This document shows, in pieces, positions 1 to 9,567 of a DNA stretch of 64,000 nt; position 1 is the first letter of the stretch, and every line of letters starts with the position of its first letter. This stretch comes from a virus: IMG/VR virus record IMGVR_UViG_3300027708_000024. One strand, given 5' to 3'. Both the position numbers and the translations under genes were made by a program. The notes below the pieces were generated by a model, which worked only from the letters and a program-made list of their open reading frames with translations, did not search any database and was not told the DNA's origin.

Positions 1-10
1 TCGAGTTTTT

Positions 11-33
11 ACCCCGCCATGTGCGGGGTTTTT
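11..33 (+). terminator. Intrinsic terminator for a + strand transcript entering from the left of the window
   Basis: Stem ACCCCGC/GCGGGGT, loop CATGT, followed by a T run on +; lies just past the stop of the convergent minus-strand gene. Confidence 0.75.
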
Positions 34-36
34 GCT

Positions 37-1770
37 TTATACATATCGAACAAATGTTTTTTGAATTCTATTCAATGTCATATCTTGATTTCTTACTGCT
101 GCCGAATCAAAGGTGAACGTTTGATCTGTACCATTAGTATTAATTACTTTTGAATTATTCAGTGAAATAGGTTGTGGTGCTGCCTGAACATCATTTTGCA
201 TCGAATTATTTTCATTCATTGCACTTGACATTCTATCACCAAGTGCATTAGACATAGGCATAGGTAAAGGTTTTGATGGTCTACTATCATTATCTTGTAG
301 ATTGACTCCTGCAGGTAATGGTTTATTTTCTGGTGCGGCAGCAGGTGCAGCGGTCGGAGTTTCTTTTGATGATTCGGCCGTTGGTGGTGCCGCGGGTGTG
401 GCCTTCTTCTTACCATACTCTAGAGCCTCATCTGCAAGTTTTTTACTTATTCTTTCTTTTCCAAATCCTAAAAATCCTGTGTCTTTCTTAGTGGCAAGAT
501 AAACACCACCTTCATCAACTTCATAACCTTTACCTTTTAAGTATTCTGCTGCATATGCACTAGTGCGATCTTCAACATCCATTTGTTTCAATGCATCTTT
601 TGCTTTTTGTGATCCTTTGCCTGCTGCTGCTTTAAGTTCTTTTCTGGTCTCATCTCTTGCGTCCGAAAACTTCATAGGTTCTTGAAATTCAGCACCTAAA
701 GCAGATTGTGCAGCAGGACGTTTCATAATTTCTGTAGTGGTTGTACCTATATCACCTTCTTTCGCAGCAGTTTCAATTTTTTTCTCAACTTCCGATGTTA
801 GATATAATGACGATGCTATTGAAGCCGCGGCGATGAAACCTGGAGATGATAATATTCTAGTTAACCAAGATGCCTTATCGATGCTACCAAGAGCATTTTC
901 AATGGCCTTATTAATCATATCAGCAATATCAAATCCTTTACTTTCTGCTTTTGGTTGAGCAGAAACAGTACCGCCAGTTATTCCTAATAATGCTTCAATA
1001 AATTCTTTGTGACGACGAGCGGCTTCTTCTTTTCTTTCACCTTCAAAATTCTTTTCGAGTTCCATTTGAAGTTTTTTATCCTCATATGATTTTCTCAATA
1101 ACGAAAATAATTTTGCAGCAACATCTGATACGGAATCATTCTTGCGAAGTGGTAATGGTCTGCTACCTGCACCAATGGTAGTGTTTAATGGATTTTTGTT
1201 TTTACCTTTTTTAGTCACTACATCATATGATTTTTTCTCATCTTTTGTATTTTCTTTAGGTTCTTTTTTTTCCATTCCAGTAAAATATTCAAGATCCTTT
1301 TGATCACGACCAAATGTTTTACCATATAGTGCTGCACCCAGGTTACCACCAATAGATTTTGCCATGTTCATAGGATCAAATTTTTCTTTGATTCCTGTGC
1401 CAATTGCTTTTATTTTGTCAGTAACACCACCTTTAAATGATTCACCAATACCTTTACCTTCAACTAGATTTTTTGCAATCAAATCACCAATAGATGTTTT
1501 TCTTATGGCCTCTGCTTTACCGTACTCATGTTCCTTACGTTTTTCTTTTTTATTTTTTGCTTTACCTTTAGAATCTTCTTCAGATTCATATACTTTAGGC
1601 GATTCAGGTAATACATCTTTATCACTTGGTTTACCTAATGTTAGTCTTTCTGTTTTACTTGCTGCACGACCAAGACCACCTTTTGAACCAAGAACATACC
1701 AGTAACCTTTACCACTAAAGGCATTAGGGTCCCATGCAAAAACTATACTATTTAATTTTTTAGTAACCAT
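37..1770 (-). CDS. Tape-measure-like / tail-associated protein (paralog A)
   Basis: 577 aa, helical, K/E/A-rich, with a hydrophobic stretch (PGFIAAASIASSLYL); downstream of gp26/gp51; paralogous to the 618-aa neighbour. Confidence 0.5.
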   Translation of the reverse strand: MVTKKLNSIVFAWDPNAFSGKGYWYVLGSKGGLGRAASKTERLTLGKPSDKDVLPESPKVYESEEDSKGKAKNKKEKRKEHEYGKAEAIRKTSIGDLIAKNLVEGKGIGESFKGGVTDKIKAIGTGIKEKFDPMNMAKSIGGNLGAALYGKTFGRDQKDLEYFTGMEKKEPKENTKDEKKSYDVVTKKGKNKNPLNTTIGAGSRPLPLRKNDSVSDVAAKLFSLLRKSYEDKKLQMELEKNFEGERKEEAARRHKEFIEALLGITGGTVSAQPKAESKGFDIADMINKAIENALGSIDKASWLTRILSSPGFIAAASIASSLYLTSEVEKKIETAAKEGDIGTTTTEIMKRPAAQSALGAEFQEPMKFSDARDETRKELKAAAGKGSQKAKDALKQMDVEDRTSAYAAEYLKGKGYEVDEGGVYLATKKDTGFLGFGKERISKKLADEALEYGKKKATPAAPPTAESSKETPTAAPAAAPENKPLPAGVNLQDNDSRPSKPLPMPMSNALGDRMSSAMNENNSMQNDVQAAPQPISLNNSKVINTNGTDQTFTFDSAAVRNQDMTLNRIQKTFVRYV

Positions 1771-1773
1771 TTT

Positions 1774-3630
1774 TTAAAATCCAGTTTGTTCTTGTATCAG
1801 TGCGGGGCCAGTAACACCATCTTTTTTCGTTATGTTGTTTGTTACTGTTCCTGGTTTGTTTATCACTGTTAATTGTTTATTTAATATAATTGTATCTGGT
1901 GCTTGATTATTTTGTTTCTTTGCATCTGAGACAGAAACAGAACCAGAATCCACTTTACTTCCCATTTCGTTTGCTTTTGGTGCCGGTGTGGAACTTACTT
2001 GGTCAGAAGAACCAGACGCATGAACCACACCACCTTTTCTATTTACCCGCTTTGCTAGTATCGATTCAAAATCTTTTACTCTAATTTCATATAATTCTGG
2101 ATTATCTTTACCTGGTGCTTTGTATCCAGCATCAATTATTGCTTTTGCAACTGTAATATCTTTTCCTGATTGTACTGCCTTATAAACCGCAGTAGCACCA
2201 CCAGGACCAACATAGTGTGCCATATATTCATAACCAGGAGTAATTGGAACATTATTTTTTTTGAGTATGGCCAGTGTTTCGCCTCTAAGTGATTGATAAA
2301 GTTTTTCTTGTGTATTTTTATCAAATTTTGTAGTTTTAATATCAAGACCTAATTTTTTTACATGGTCATCTAGTGTGGCTTTAACGAATTGATAGGCACC
2401 AACTGCACTCCCACCACCTGACTTTATTCTTGCCTGTTGGAATCTTGAAACTTCTTCTAATGTCATTTCTGTTAATTTTTTTTCAGTTCCTAAATTTGCT
2501 TTTGACCATTCTTCAGGTGTAATATATTTTTGACTTGTTACTTTATTGTTTTTATCTCTTTTTTCTCCAAATGTAATATCATAATTACCACCAGATTCTG
2601 CGGCACCAACACCTGTTGTTGCAGTCGCAACAGCAGCACCAACTGCAACAGTCGCAAGCGCTCTACCTGCTGTTACACCTGCTGCTGGTGGCGCTGCCGG
2701 TGTTGAAGTTTTTCCTGGTTTTACATTTCTAGTAGCACCTTTTGGTTTTGTTCCTTTAGGTGTTGTGGTTTTCTTTGCCGTTTTTCCTTTACCCGAAACT
2801 TTTTCTGTTTTTTTAGAAGTAGGTTTTTCTTTACCTTCAGTTTCTTCTTTAATTTTTTTTACTTCATCTTTTTCTTTTTTTGTTTTATTTGTTAATATAT
2901 CAATAATTTCTTCGTGTCTTTTTTTCTCATCGTCCTCTGCTAATTTTTTATTAGTGTGCATCAATTCATCATGTATTTTTTCTTCCTCAGTGTGACCTTT
3001 TATTAATTCGTAGAGTTTACCAAAAACATCTGCAAGACCATCTCTACCTCTTACATTTTGCACACCTGTTACTAACATATTCACGAATAAAGGATCTCTA
3101 TTTTTTTTACCTTTTTTTGTTTTCTTCATATCGGAGAAATATTCAATCTCCTCTTGAGAACTACCTATCATTCTACCAAGTAATGCTGGCCCCAAAGAAC
3201 TTCCACCAGTGACTTTCTTAGCAATGTTTAGTGGGTTAATTGCCTCTTTAATTCCAGTAATTCTTGCTTTTGTTTTTTCTTTAAATGCAGATTTTATTGC
3301 AGAACCTACTGATTGACCTTGTACTATATTTTTAGCAGCAAGATCAGATATTGATTGTTGTCTTGTTTTTGCTGCTTTTTGATAGGTTAGTTTGATGTTT
3401 GGTGCTTTTGGTTGTTGAGGTGTTTCTGCTGGTATTTCAGCAGGAGTTTCCAACATTGGAATAATTGGTTTAGGTATACCAACAGATTTTGCGAGTTTGG
3501 GATTTAATGACTCAATAGAAGTTTCACCCGAAAGTACCTTTGCAATAGTCTTTGGGTTGAATTTGGTTTTTAATCCTAGTAGATAACGTTCAAATTCTTT
3601 CGTTAATTGTTTTTGTTCTTTAGTTGTCAT
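1774..3630 (-). CDS. Tape-measure-like protein with lysozyme-fold (muramidase/transglycosylase) domain (paralog B)
   Basis: AESGGNYD catalytic-Glu-like motif, AVGAYQF and YMAHYVGPGGA motifs; Ala-rich hydrophobic segment before the domain; ATG overlaps the gp51 stop (ATGA). Confidence 0.6.
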   Translation of the reverse strand: MTTKEQKQLTKEFERYLLGLKTKFNPKTIAKVLSGETSIESLNPKLAKSVGIPKPIIPMLETPAEIPAETPQQPKAPNIKLTYQKAAKTRQQSISDLAAKNIVQGQSVGSAIKSAFKEKTKARITGIKEAINPLNIAKKVTGGSSLGPALLGRMIGSSQEEIEYFSDMKKTKKGKKNRDPLFVNMLVTGVQNVRGRDGLADVFGKLYELIKGHTEEEKIHDELMHTNKKLAEDDEKKRHEEIIDILTNKTKKEKDEVKKIKEETEGKEKPTSKKTEKVSGKGKTAKKTTTPKGTKPKGATRNVKPGKTSTPAAPPAAGVTAGRALATVAVGAAVATATTGVGAAESGGNYDITFGEKRDKNNKVTSQKYITPEEWSKANLGTEKKLTEMTLEEVSRFQQARIKSGGGSAVGAYQFVKATLDDHVKKLGLDIKTTKFDKNTQEKLYQSLRGETLAILKKNNVPITPGYEYMAHYVGPGGATAVYKAVQSGKDITVAKAIIDAGYKAPGKDNPELYEIRVKDFESILAKRVNRKGGVVHASGSSDQVSSTPAPKANEMGSKVDSGSVSVSDAKKQNNQAPDTIILNKQLTVINKPGTVTNNITKKDGVTGPALIQEQTGF

Positions 3631-3767
3631 CTACGTCTTTCATTGTTCCTTTGTTTTATTTTTTCATTCTCTTCCTCAATGTGTTGAATCAACATAGAAA
3701 CATAAATGTCTCTTTCCCATGGTATCATATTCTCAAGTTCAAACAAACTATATTTGTGATGCTGCAT
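3627..3767 (-). CDS. gp51: gp51-like baseplate hub assembly protein (not in ORF track; probably expressed as a frameshift extension of gp26)
   Basis: Manual translation MQHHKYSLFELENMIPWERDIYVSMLIQHIEEENEKIKQRNNERRR*, the typical short gp51 of T4-like phages; its frame stays open upstream to the gp26 slippery site. Confidence 0.85.
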   Translation of the reverse strand: MQHHKYSLFELENMIPWERDIYVSMLIQHIEEENEKIKQRNNERRR

Positions 3768-3817
3768 CAATGAAAAGTTTGTTTTATAATAATTTCTTAA
3801 ATTATCATGACAAAAGG

Positions 3818-4543
3818 TTAGACGAAAAAACTTTCAAGTCCTTCCACATCAATCTTATGATCAAATCCACATTTGCCACATTTTACATCAATATTCTTAT
3901 TTAATTTTGGAAGATTTGTAAAGAATTCTTCTAACTTTTCAAATTGTGCTTGACTCAATGATTCAACAAATTCAATCAATTCTGATGGGTCTGCTTCTGA
4001 TGCATAGAAAAACTGTTCTCCGTCATAGATGTATTCGATTGATTCTGCAATCACATCAAATGCCAATTGTGTAGTCGATTCACTCTTGCTGGCACGTTTT
4101 AGTAAAGAGAATTCTGGATATTTTAATTTTACAGATAGTTTATCTGTCAGTTGAATCGTATCTTTAATATCATCATTCTTTTCTACTTTGATATCCAAGA
4201 TATTCACTTCAACATCCATCAGATTACCACATTCTTTATTCTCAACAATATTATTGCACTTGTATCTGTTCTCTACAACCTCACCAACTGATCTTGCACG
4301 AAGGTTTAAGAAGTAATATTCAATGTCGATAATAGGAAGTGCCTCAAAATTTATACCATCAGTCAATGTACAATTAATCAACACTTGTTTGATATTATTT
4401 TCGATTGTCTCAGAATCATCAGATTCGAGTGCCATCAATAAATTTCGTTGTTCTTTGACCAAGAATGGTCTAAACTTAATTTTTTTATTCGATAACGGTA
4501 AAGTCAATTCATATGTTGGTGCGTCAATTTTTGGTAATGCCAT
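3818..4543 (-). CDS. gp26: Baseplate hub assembly protein gp26
   Basis: MALPKIDAPTYELTLP..KFRPFLVKE, LRARSVGE, Cys pairs, C-terminal GLESFF. Confidence 0.9.
   Translation of the reverse strand: MALPKIDAPTYELTLPLSNKKIKFRPFLVKEQRNLLMALESDDSETIENNIKQVLINCTLTDGINFEALPIIDIEYYFLNLRARSVGEVVENRYKCNNIVENKECGNLMDVEVNILDIKVEKNDDIKDTIQLTDKLSVKLKYPEFSLLKRASKSESTTQLAFDVIAESIEYIYDGEQFFYASEADPSELIEFVESLSQAQFEKLEEFFTNLPKLNKNIDVKCGKCGFDHKIDVEGLESFFV
3824..3830 (-). other. Candidate -1 ribosomal frameshift heptamer T_TTT_TTC
   Basis: gp26 ends AGT TTT TTC GTC TAA; the -1 frame runs without a stop into gp51. Confidence 0.7.
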
Positions 4544-4566
4544 TATTTTCTCCTAGTAATAAATCA

Positions 4567-5154
4567 TTAAATTCCTAAATCCATATTTGGATTAGCAATT
4601 CGTACTCTTTCTTGTGTATTTTTCCAAGATTTGTACACAAAAGTCACAACTAATTTATGATGCCCGTCTGCACTCCAATCTAAATCTAACTGATTGATAG
4701 AAACTGGATATGCTTGTTCTAATAAAACATCATATGATAAAGTATTGGTTAAATCATATTGTCTGATGCTGATATCTGTTGCGTATTCTTCTTTATATTT
4801 AAAATTGTATGTGTTGTTTGGGTTGATATAATTCATCCACCCATCAAAGAATGATTTTACTTGCATATCATCATTAACAATAAAGGTTAAATTCAAGTCA
4901 TTGTATGATACATGATAAGGAAACTTCTCAGTTGGTCCATATATCTTCTGTTCTGTCGTTGCAAATGTTCTTCCGGGAAGTTCTGCATTCTCACATCGTA
5001 AAGATAATACTTGATTTGTGATTTTACTTTCAAATCCCCGATCTAGCAAAGATGATAGCAATTCTGGTCTAATTGGAATATCAACATCAAATTTATTTGG
5101 GCGTGCCAATTCACTCTTAAAACTATCTCTAAATGCCTGTATGTTCCCTGCCAT
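4567..5154 (-). CDS. gp54: Baseplate tail tube initiator (gp54, gp19-like fold)
   Basis: LARPNKFDV, LRCENAELPGR, FFDGWMNYI, AYPVSI motifs; next to gp26 and gp2. Confidence 0.75.
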   Translation of the reverse strand: MAGNIQAFRDSFKSELARPNKFDVDIPIRPELLSSLLDRGFESKITNQVLSLRCENAELPGRTFATTEQKIYGPTEKFPYHVSYNDLNLTFIVNDDMQVKSFFDGWMNYINPNNTYNFKYKEEYATDISIRQYDLTNTLSYDVLLEQAYPVSINQLDLDWSADGHHKLVVTFVYKSWKNTQERVRIANPNMDLGI

Positions 5155-5750
5155 TATTGATTCCTTATTTGTTCTACGGATTCAGTCCAAACTTTCTTTG
5201 CCGTTGCTTTCTTAAATTGATGCACCGGTAAGAATGCCGCAACGTCCCATTCGTTTGGTTGGACTGCCACTATTTTGGATTCTATATGACTATAAAGATA
5301 CTTCTTAATGCACGGCTGCATTGCTTTAAACCGCTTAGAGGCGTTTAAAATGTTATAGGTGATTCTGAGTCGCACAGGTTCATCCGCATCGTTATACGAG
5401 GCATAGGACATCAATTGATCCAGAAAATTTAACCTGTAACCTAATGGCAAATAGTGCAGATTCATGCCAATAAACCCATCACCTTCTTTTTTTAATGGAA
5501 TTACCATTGGAAATACATCATAATAATCCAACGTATCTTTTGTTTTTGGATCATAATAAAAGTAATATAATCCACCTGTAACAAATTTTGTGGTTTGCCT
5601 AGATTTTTCTCTTGCAATCCCTTTAGACATGCTAGAAGAATTACGCAACCCGTTAGCGTTCTTCATCAACCATCGATATGCCTCTTTAGACATAGTTTCT
5701 AGTTGAAGGTCTGATTTTTGTTGCGCCAGTTTAGTTAATATAGAAGCCAT
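5154..5750 (-). CDS. gp2: DNA end protector protein gp2
   Basis: YFYYDPKTKDTLDYYDVFP, GMNLHYLP, CIKKYLYSH, LPVHQF motifs. Confidence 0.9.
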   Translation of the reverse strand: MASILTKLAQQKSDLQLETMSKEAYRWLMKNANGLRNSSSMSKGIAREKSRQTTKFVTGGLYYFYYDPKTKDTLDYYDVFPMVIPLKKEGDGFIGMNLHYLPLGYRLNFLDQLMSYASYNDADEPVRLRITYNILNASKRFKAMQPCIKKYLYSHIESKIVAVQPNEWDVAAFLPVHQFKKATAKKVWTESVEQIRNQ

Positions 5751-5754
5751 GATA

Positions 5755-5762
5755 TATTTATG
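5755..5762 (-). promoter_or_regulatory. T4-type late promoter (CATAAATA) 4 nt before the gp2 ATG
   Basis: Minus strand reads CATAAATA-TATC-ATG. Confidence 0.65.
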
Positions 5763-6197
5763 TTAGATTCCTAAGTGTTTTTCTGTAATAATCTTGAATT
5801 CCCAACCACGATCAAGGCAGAATTCTTCTGCTGCTTTCCATTTTGCGGTGTTGATTCCGTAAGTCACGACCTCATTGATATAGTGCTTTGTGACTCTTTT
5901 CTTCTTTTCTGGTGCAAGCGTTTGCCGTTCTGGTTTGACTTCAATTACCATAGTTCTTGTCTTTCCGTCTCTTGTTTTTACTTTAATTACAAAATCAGGG
6001 AAATATCGGTGAGTTCTTCCATCAACGGGAGATACATATGGTATGATTAATTCCTCTGACGCCCAGGACAGAATATCGTTATTGTTATCCAACCAAGTCA
6101 TAACTCGACATTCCCAGGATGAACGGTAGACAATATTATTTGCATCACCTACGTATTTCTGCGGGTTTTTTGGTTTGTATATTCCTCTATAAGCCAT
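5763..6197 (-). CDS. gp4: Head completion nuclease gp4 (TnsA-like fold)
   Basis: YKPKNPQKYVGD, YRSSWE, WASEE, HRYFPDF, IEVKP, AKWKAA. Confidence 0.93.
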   Translation of the reverse strand: MAYRGIYKPKNPQKYVGDANNIVYRSSWECRVMTWLDNNNDILSWASEELIIPYVSPVDGRTHRYFPDFVIKVKTRDGKTRTMVIEVKPERQTLAPEKKKRVTKHYINEVVTYGINTAKWKAAEEFCLDRGWEFKIITEKHLGI

Positions 6198-6204
6198 ATA
6201 AATA
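6197..6204 (+). promoter_or_regulatory. T4 late promoter TATAAATA for the gp48 operon
   Basis: Exact consensus in the divergent gp4/gp48 gap. Confidence 0.75.
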
Positions 6205-6232
6205 TGTATATTCCTTCTTTTAAAGACAAATC

Positions 6233-7207
6233 ATGGCAACTAAGTACACGGGAAATCAAGGTCCATTAGGAAAACTCTATAGTAAAAATATTTTCTCATT
6301 TCTGAGTTATCCTAGGGATGTGCAAGATAAACCTCATTCTATTAAATTTTCTATATTATTACCTAGCAATAGTTCATATCAGAGTGTTGCGGCTTCAACT
6401 TCTTTAGAAACAGGGTTTGATTTTCTTGATGGTCAAAGAAAAACTAATATAACTGATGGTGGTCGTGCTTTTGGTATTGCTACAATAAAAAACACAAAAA
6501 GTGTATTGCAAGCTGCGATTACATTATATATGCCCGATACAGTCAATATGACTTATGGAGCAAGTTACCAAGAAGATAATCTTTCAGATTATAAATTACC
6601 ATTTTATGGACAATTAGGACTTAGTGCAAAAGATCAAATTATGAACCCAACTCAAGACTTCTTGTCGAATTTGGGATCGGCAGCACCAGAATCTTTGGCA
6701 GGTTTTCAACGAGCAAATCCGGGTCTGCCATTAGTAGGAAGTTTCAATGAGAACGTTCCGGTTGATATTCTGTTGCGAGAAAAAGGATTAGCAATCAACC
6801 CTCAAGTTCAAGTATTGTTTAAAGCTGTCGCACTGAGAACATTCCAATTTGAATTCTTGTTTACACCATATTCACAAGAAGAGGCAGCAAATGTTCAAGA
6901 AATCATAAAAGCATTTAAATTTCATGCTGCACCTGAAATTGGAAGGCCTGCTGGCGCAACAAACAATCCAAAAAATGCTGTATTCTTTGTTGTTCCTTCA
7001 ACATTTAAGATTGAATATCAGTTTAATGGTAAAATAAATGAAAACATCAATAAAATTGGTGAGTGTGTTTTGGAAAGCGTGACTGTCGATTATGCAACAA
7101 ACGGTTGGGTAACGTTTGAAGATGGTTCTCCTGTGCAAACAAGAATGACTTTACAATTTAAAGAAATCGAAATTGTTGATAAAGCAAAAGTTGATCAAGG
7201 ATTCTAA
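6233..7207 (+). CDS. gp48: Baseplate tail tube cap gp48
   Basis: ITLYMP, INPQVQVLFK, RTFQFEFLFTPYSQEEA, CVLESVTVDY, MTLQFKEIE. Confidence 0.85.
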   Translation: MATKYTGNQGPLGKLYSKNIFSFLSYPRDVQDKPHSIKFSILLPSNSSYQSVAASTSLETGFDFLDGQRKTNITDGGRAFGIATIKNTKSVLQAAITLYMPDTVNMTYGASYQEDNLSDYKLPFYGQLGLSAKDQIMNPTQDFLSNLGSAAPESLAGFQRANPGLPLVGSFNENVPVDILLREKGLAINPQVQVLFKAVALRTFQFEFLFTPYSQEEAANVQEIIKAFKFHAAPEIGRPAGATNNPKNAVFFVVPSTFKIEYQFNGKINENINKIGECVLESVTVDYATNGWVTFEDGSPVQTRMTLQFKEIEIVDKAKVDQGF

Positions 7208-7209
7208 TA

Positions 7210-7824
7210 ATGAAATATTTTAATACACTACCCGTAATATTAAGTTCAGACAATGCAGGTAACGTAATTGCCTTAAAAAATCTATTGACCAGAGTTCACT
7301 TAAACAAAGATACTATTAAGAATCCTTTACTTTTTTATTCTTATGACATACAAGAAGGCGATACACCAGAAATCGTTGCACAAAAATATTATGGTTCTGT
7401 AGATTATTTTTGGGTTGTTATGTTTGGTGGTCAATTAATAGATCCAGAATGGGATTGGCCAATGAGTTCTAGAGTGTTTAGTGAGTTCATCATCGACAAA
7501 TACGGTTCAACCATTGCCGCCAATTCATTAGTCGATCATTATGAAAAAATTATTACCATTTCATCATCATTGAATAATGACCATACAACAGACATTGTCG
7601 TTATTGATGCAAATACATATACAAATACTATTGTGGAAACACATTCATATAGTGTCCCAACAGGAGAAGTAGTAACAATATCTACTGACAAACGACCAGT
7701 TACGGCATATGAAAACGAAACACTATTAAACGAAAAAAGAAGAAGCATTAACTTGATTAACGAAACCTATGTTTCCGTTTTAACACAACAATTTCAAACA
7801 CTTATGAAACCACCAATAAAATAG
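7210..7824 (+). CDS. gp53: Baseplate wedge subunit gp53 (LysM-like)
   Basis: YDIQEGDTPEIVAQKYYGS, DWPMS, NEKRRSINLI. Confidence 0.9.
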   Translation: MKYFNTLPVILSSDNAGNVIALKNLLTRVHLNKDTIKNPLLFYSYDIQEGDTPEIVAQKYYGSVDYFWVVMFGGQLIDPEWDWPMSSRVFSEFIIDKYGSTIAANSLVDHYEKIITISSSLNNDHTTDIVVIDANTYTNTIVETHSYSVPTGEVVTISTDKRPVTAYENETLLNEKRRSINLINETYVSVLTQQFQTLMKPPIK

Positions 7825-9183
7825 ATGCAAAACGCACAACAATACAGCATTGAGAATGTAACTCTCATACAAAATGATGGTCAATTAAGAGAATTAAAAT
7901 ATTTGATAGTTGAATTATCAATATATGAAGATTTGTTTTCACCAACAATGACTGGTCATTTTACACTAACTGATGCTCAAGGTTTTATAGAAACTTTTGA
8001 TATTTCTGGTTTTAATTTTATAGAAATAACTTTTAGCAAAACGGGAGTAGATGATTTAAATAAAATTAAAAAAACATTCAGGGTGTATAAGATTGGTGAC
8101 AGAAAACAAAGTACAAGAAGTAGTGAAATATACACTATATTTTTCTGTTCAGAAGAATTGTTTATTTCCGAACAAACAAAAGTTGTAAAATCATTCAAAG
8201 AAAAACAGATTAGTGAAATAGTAAATTCAATACTTACCAATAATCTATCAGTATCTTCAAATAAAATTGGAACGATTGAACCAACAACTGGTGTTTATAA
8301 TTTTATTATACCAAATTTGAAGCCATTTGAAACAATCAATTGGTTATCAACATACGCAAAGTCAGCAGAAATTATAGAAAACAGAACAGGTGCCGATTTA
8401 TTGTTTTTTGAAAATAATAAAGGATTCAATTTTAGATCAATACAGTCAATGATGTATGAAGATTCCGTTGGAACGTATCATTATGATCCTCAAGGTCTTC
8501 CAAATCAAACCAGAGATTTAGAATATTTAATGACACGAATACTTTCGTACAAATTTGTAGAGACATTTGATACATTAAAACACATAAATTCTGGTTCTTT
8601 TGCAAACAAATTGATTGCTTTGGATCCAATATTAAGAACATCAACAATATCAGAATTTAAGTATGATGACTATTTTCCAAATTCAATATCATTAAATAAT
8701 TATGGTGTTACATCAAATTATAAAAACAGATTTAATAAAAGTGTTAGTGATACAACCGATGCCGTAGTTAAAGTTGCCACTTCAAATGCACAACAAAGAA
8801 ATTTTCCTTTGATTAAAAATGATTCTGTTGCATATGCTACTATTGCACCAAACATAGATATAGAGACCTATGTTCCATATAGAACAGCTCAATTATCACT
8901 AGCAAATTACACAAAAATTGAATTCAATATACCAGGTGATCCAAAATTAAAAGTTGGTGATGTTATTGAAATATTATTGCCGTCTTTATCCAACAGGGAA
9001 CAAAATGCAATAGATGCTATCGAAGATCCGTATTATTCTGGTTATTATTTAATTTCGGGAATAAGACATATGCTAGATGGAAGAGGTACTTATTTGTGTG
9101 TAGTCGAAGCAATAAAAGATAGTGTTTCAAGGGCACATATTGTTTATAATAATAGTGGAATGAAATCGGTGAGGGAAGCATAA
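7825..9183 (+). CDS. Baseplate hub protein (gp27-like)
   Basis: Between gp53 and gp5; IYEDLFSPTMTG, FFENNKGFNFRS, IPGDPKLKVGDVI, SGYYLISGIRH. Confidence 0.7.
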   Translation: MQNAQQYSIENVTLIQNDGQLRELKYLIVELSIYEDLFSPTMTGHFTLTDAQGFIETFDISGFNFIEITFSKTGVDDLNKIKKTFRVYKIGDRKQSTRSSEIYTIFFCSEELFISEQTKVVKSFKEKQISEIVNSILTNNLSVSSNKIGTIEPTTGVYNFIIPNLKPFETINWLSTYAKSAEIIENRTGADLLFFENNKGFNFRSIQSMMYEDSVGTYHYDPQGLPNQTRDLEYLMTRILSYKFVETFDTLKHINSGSFANKLIALDPILRTSTISEFKYDDYFPNSISLNNYGVTSNYKNRFNKSVSDTTDAVVKVATSNAQQRNFPLIKNDSVAYATIAPNIDIETYVPYRTAQLSLANYTKIEFNIPGDPKLKVGDVIEILLPSLSNREQNAIDAIEDPYYSGYYLISGIRHMLDGRGTYLCVVEAIKDSVSRAHIVYNNSGMKSVREA

Positions 9184-9557
9184 TGTTAGAAAAGAATTTT
9201 ATAGGTAAGAATGGATTCATCTGGTGGATGGGAGAAGTCGTAAATCGATTAGATCCATTAGGTATAGGTAGATGTCAGGTAAGAATATTTGGTTGGCATG
9301 GTGATGGTTCACCAGAATCAAAAGCAAACATTCCTGATACAGATTTGCCTTGGGCTCATGCAATGCTTCCATTAAATTCATCAAAATCAATGTGTTCTCC
9401 GTGTGTTGGAGATTGGGTTGTTGGTTTCTTCTTTGATGGTGAATCAGCACAGGCACCATGTATGATGGGTGTACTTCCTGGGTTTAGTCAAGTAACATCA
9501 GGTGTTGGTGCAAACACTAAAGTTTATGGTACCTTACCTATAGGTTTTACAATTTAA
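9183..9557 (+). CDS. gp5: gp5 N-terminal OB-fold domain as a stand-alone ORF
   Basis: GFIWWMGEVVNRLDPLGIGRCQVRIFGWH, DLPWA, GDWVVGFFFDGESAQAP. Confidence 0.85.
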   Translation: MLEKNFIGKNGFIWWMGEVVNRLDPLGIGRCQVRIFGWHGDGSPESKANIPDTDLPWAHAMLPLNSSKSMCSPCVGDWVVGFFFDGESAQAPCMMGVLPGFSQVTSGVGANTKVYGTLPIGFTI

Positions 9558-9567
9558 AGGAAGGAAA

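Noticed and set aside
5763-6197. TnsA-like endonuclease as evidence of a Tn7-type element
   Set aside because: Motifs and position next to gp2 identify it as head completion protein gp4; no other transposition genes or ends
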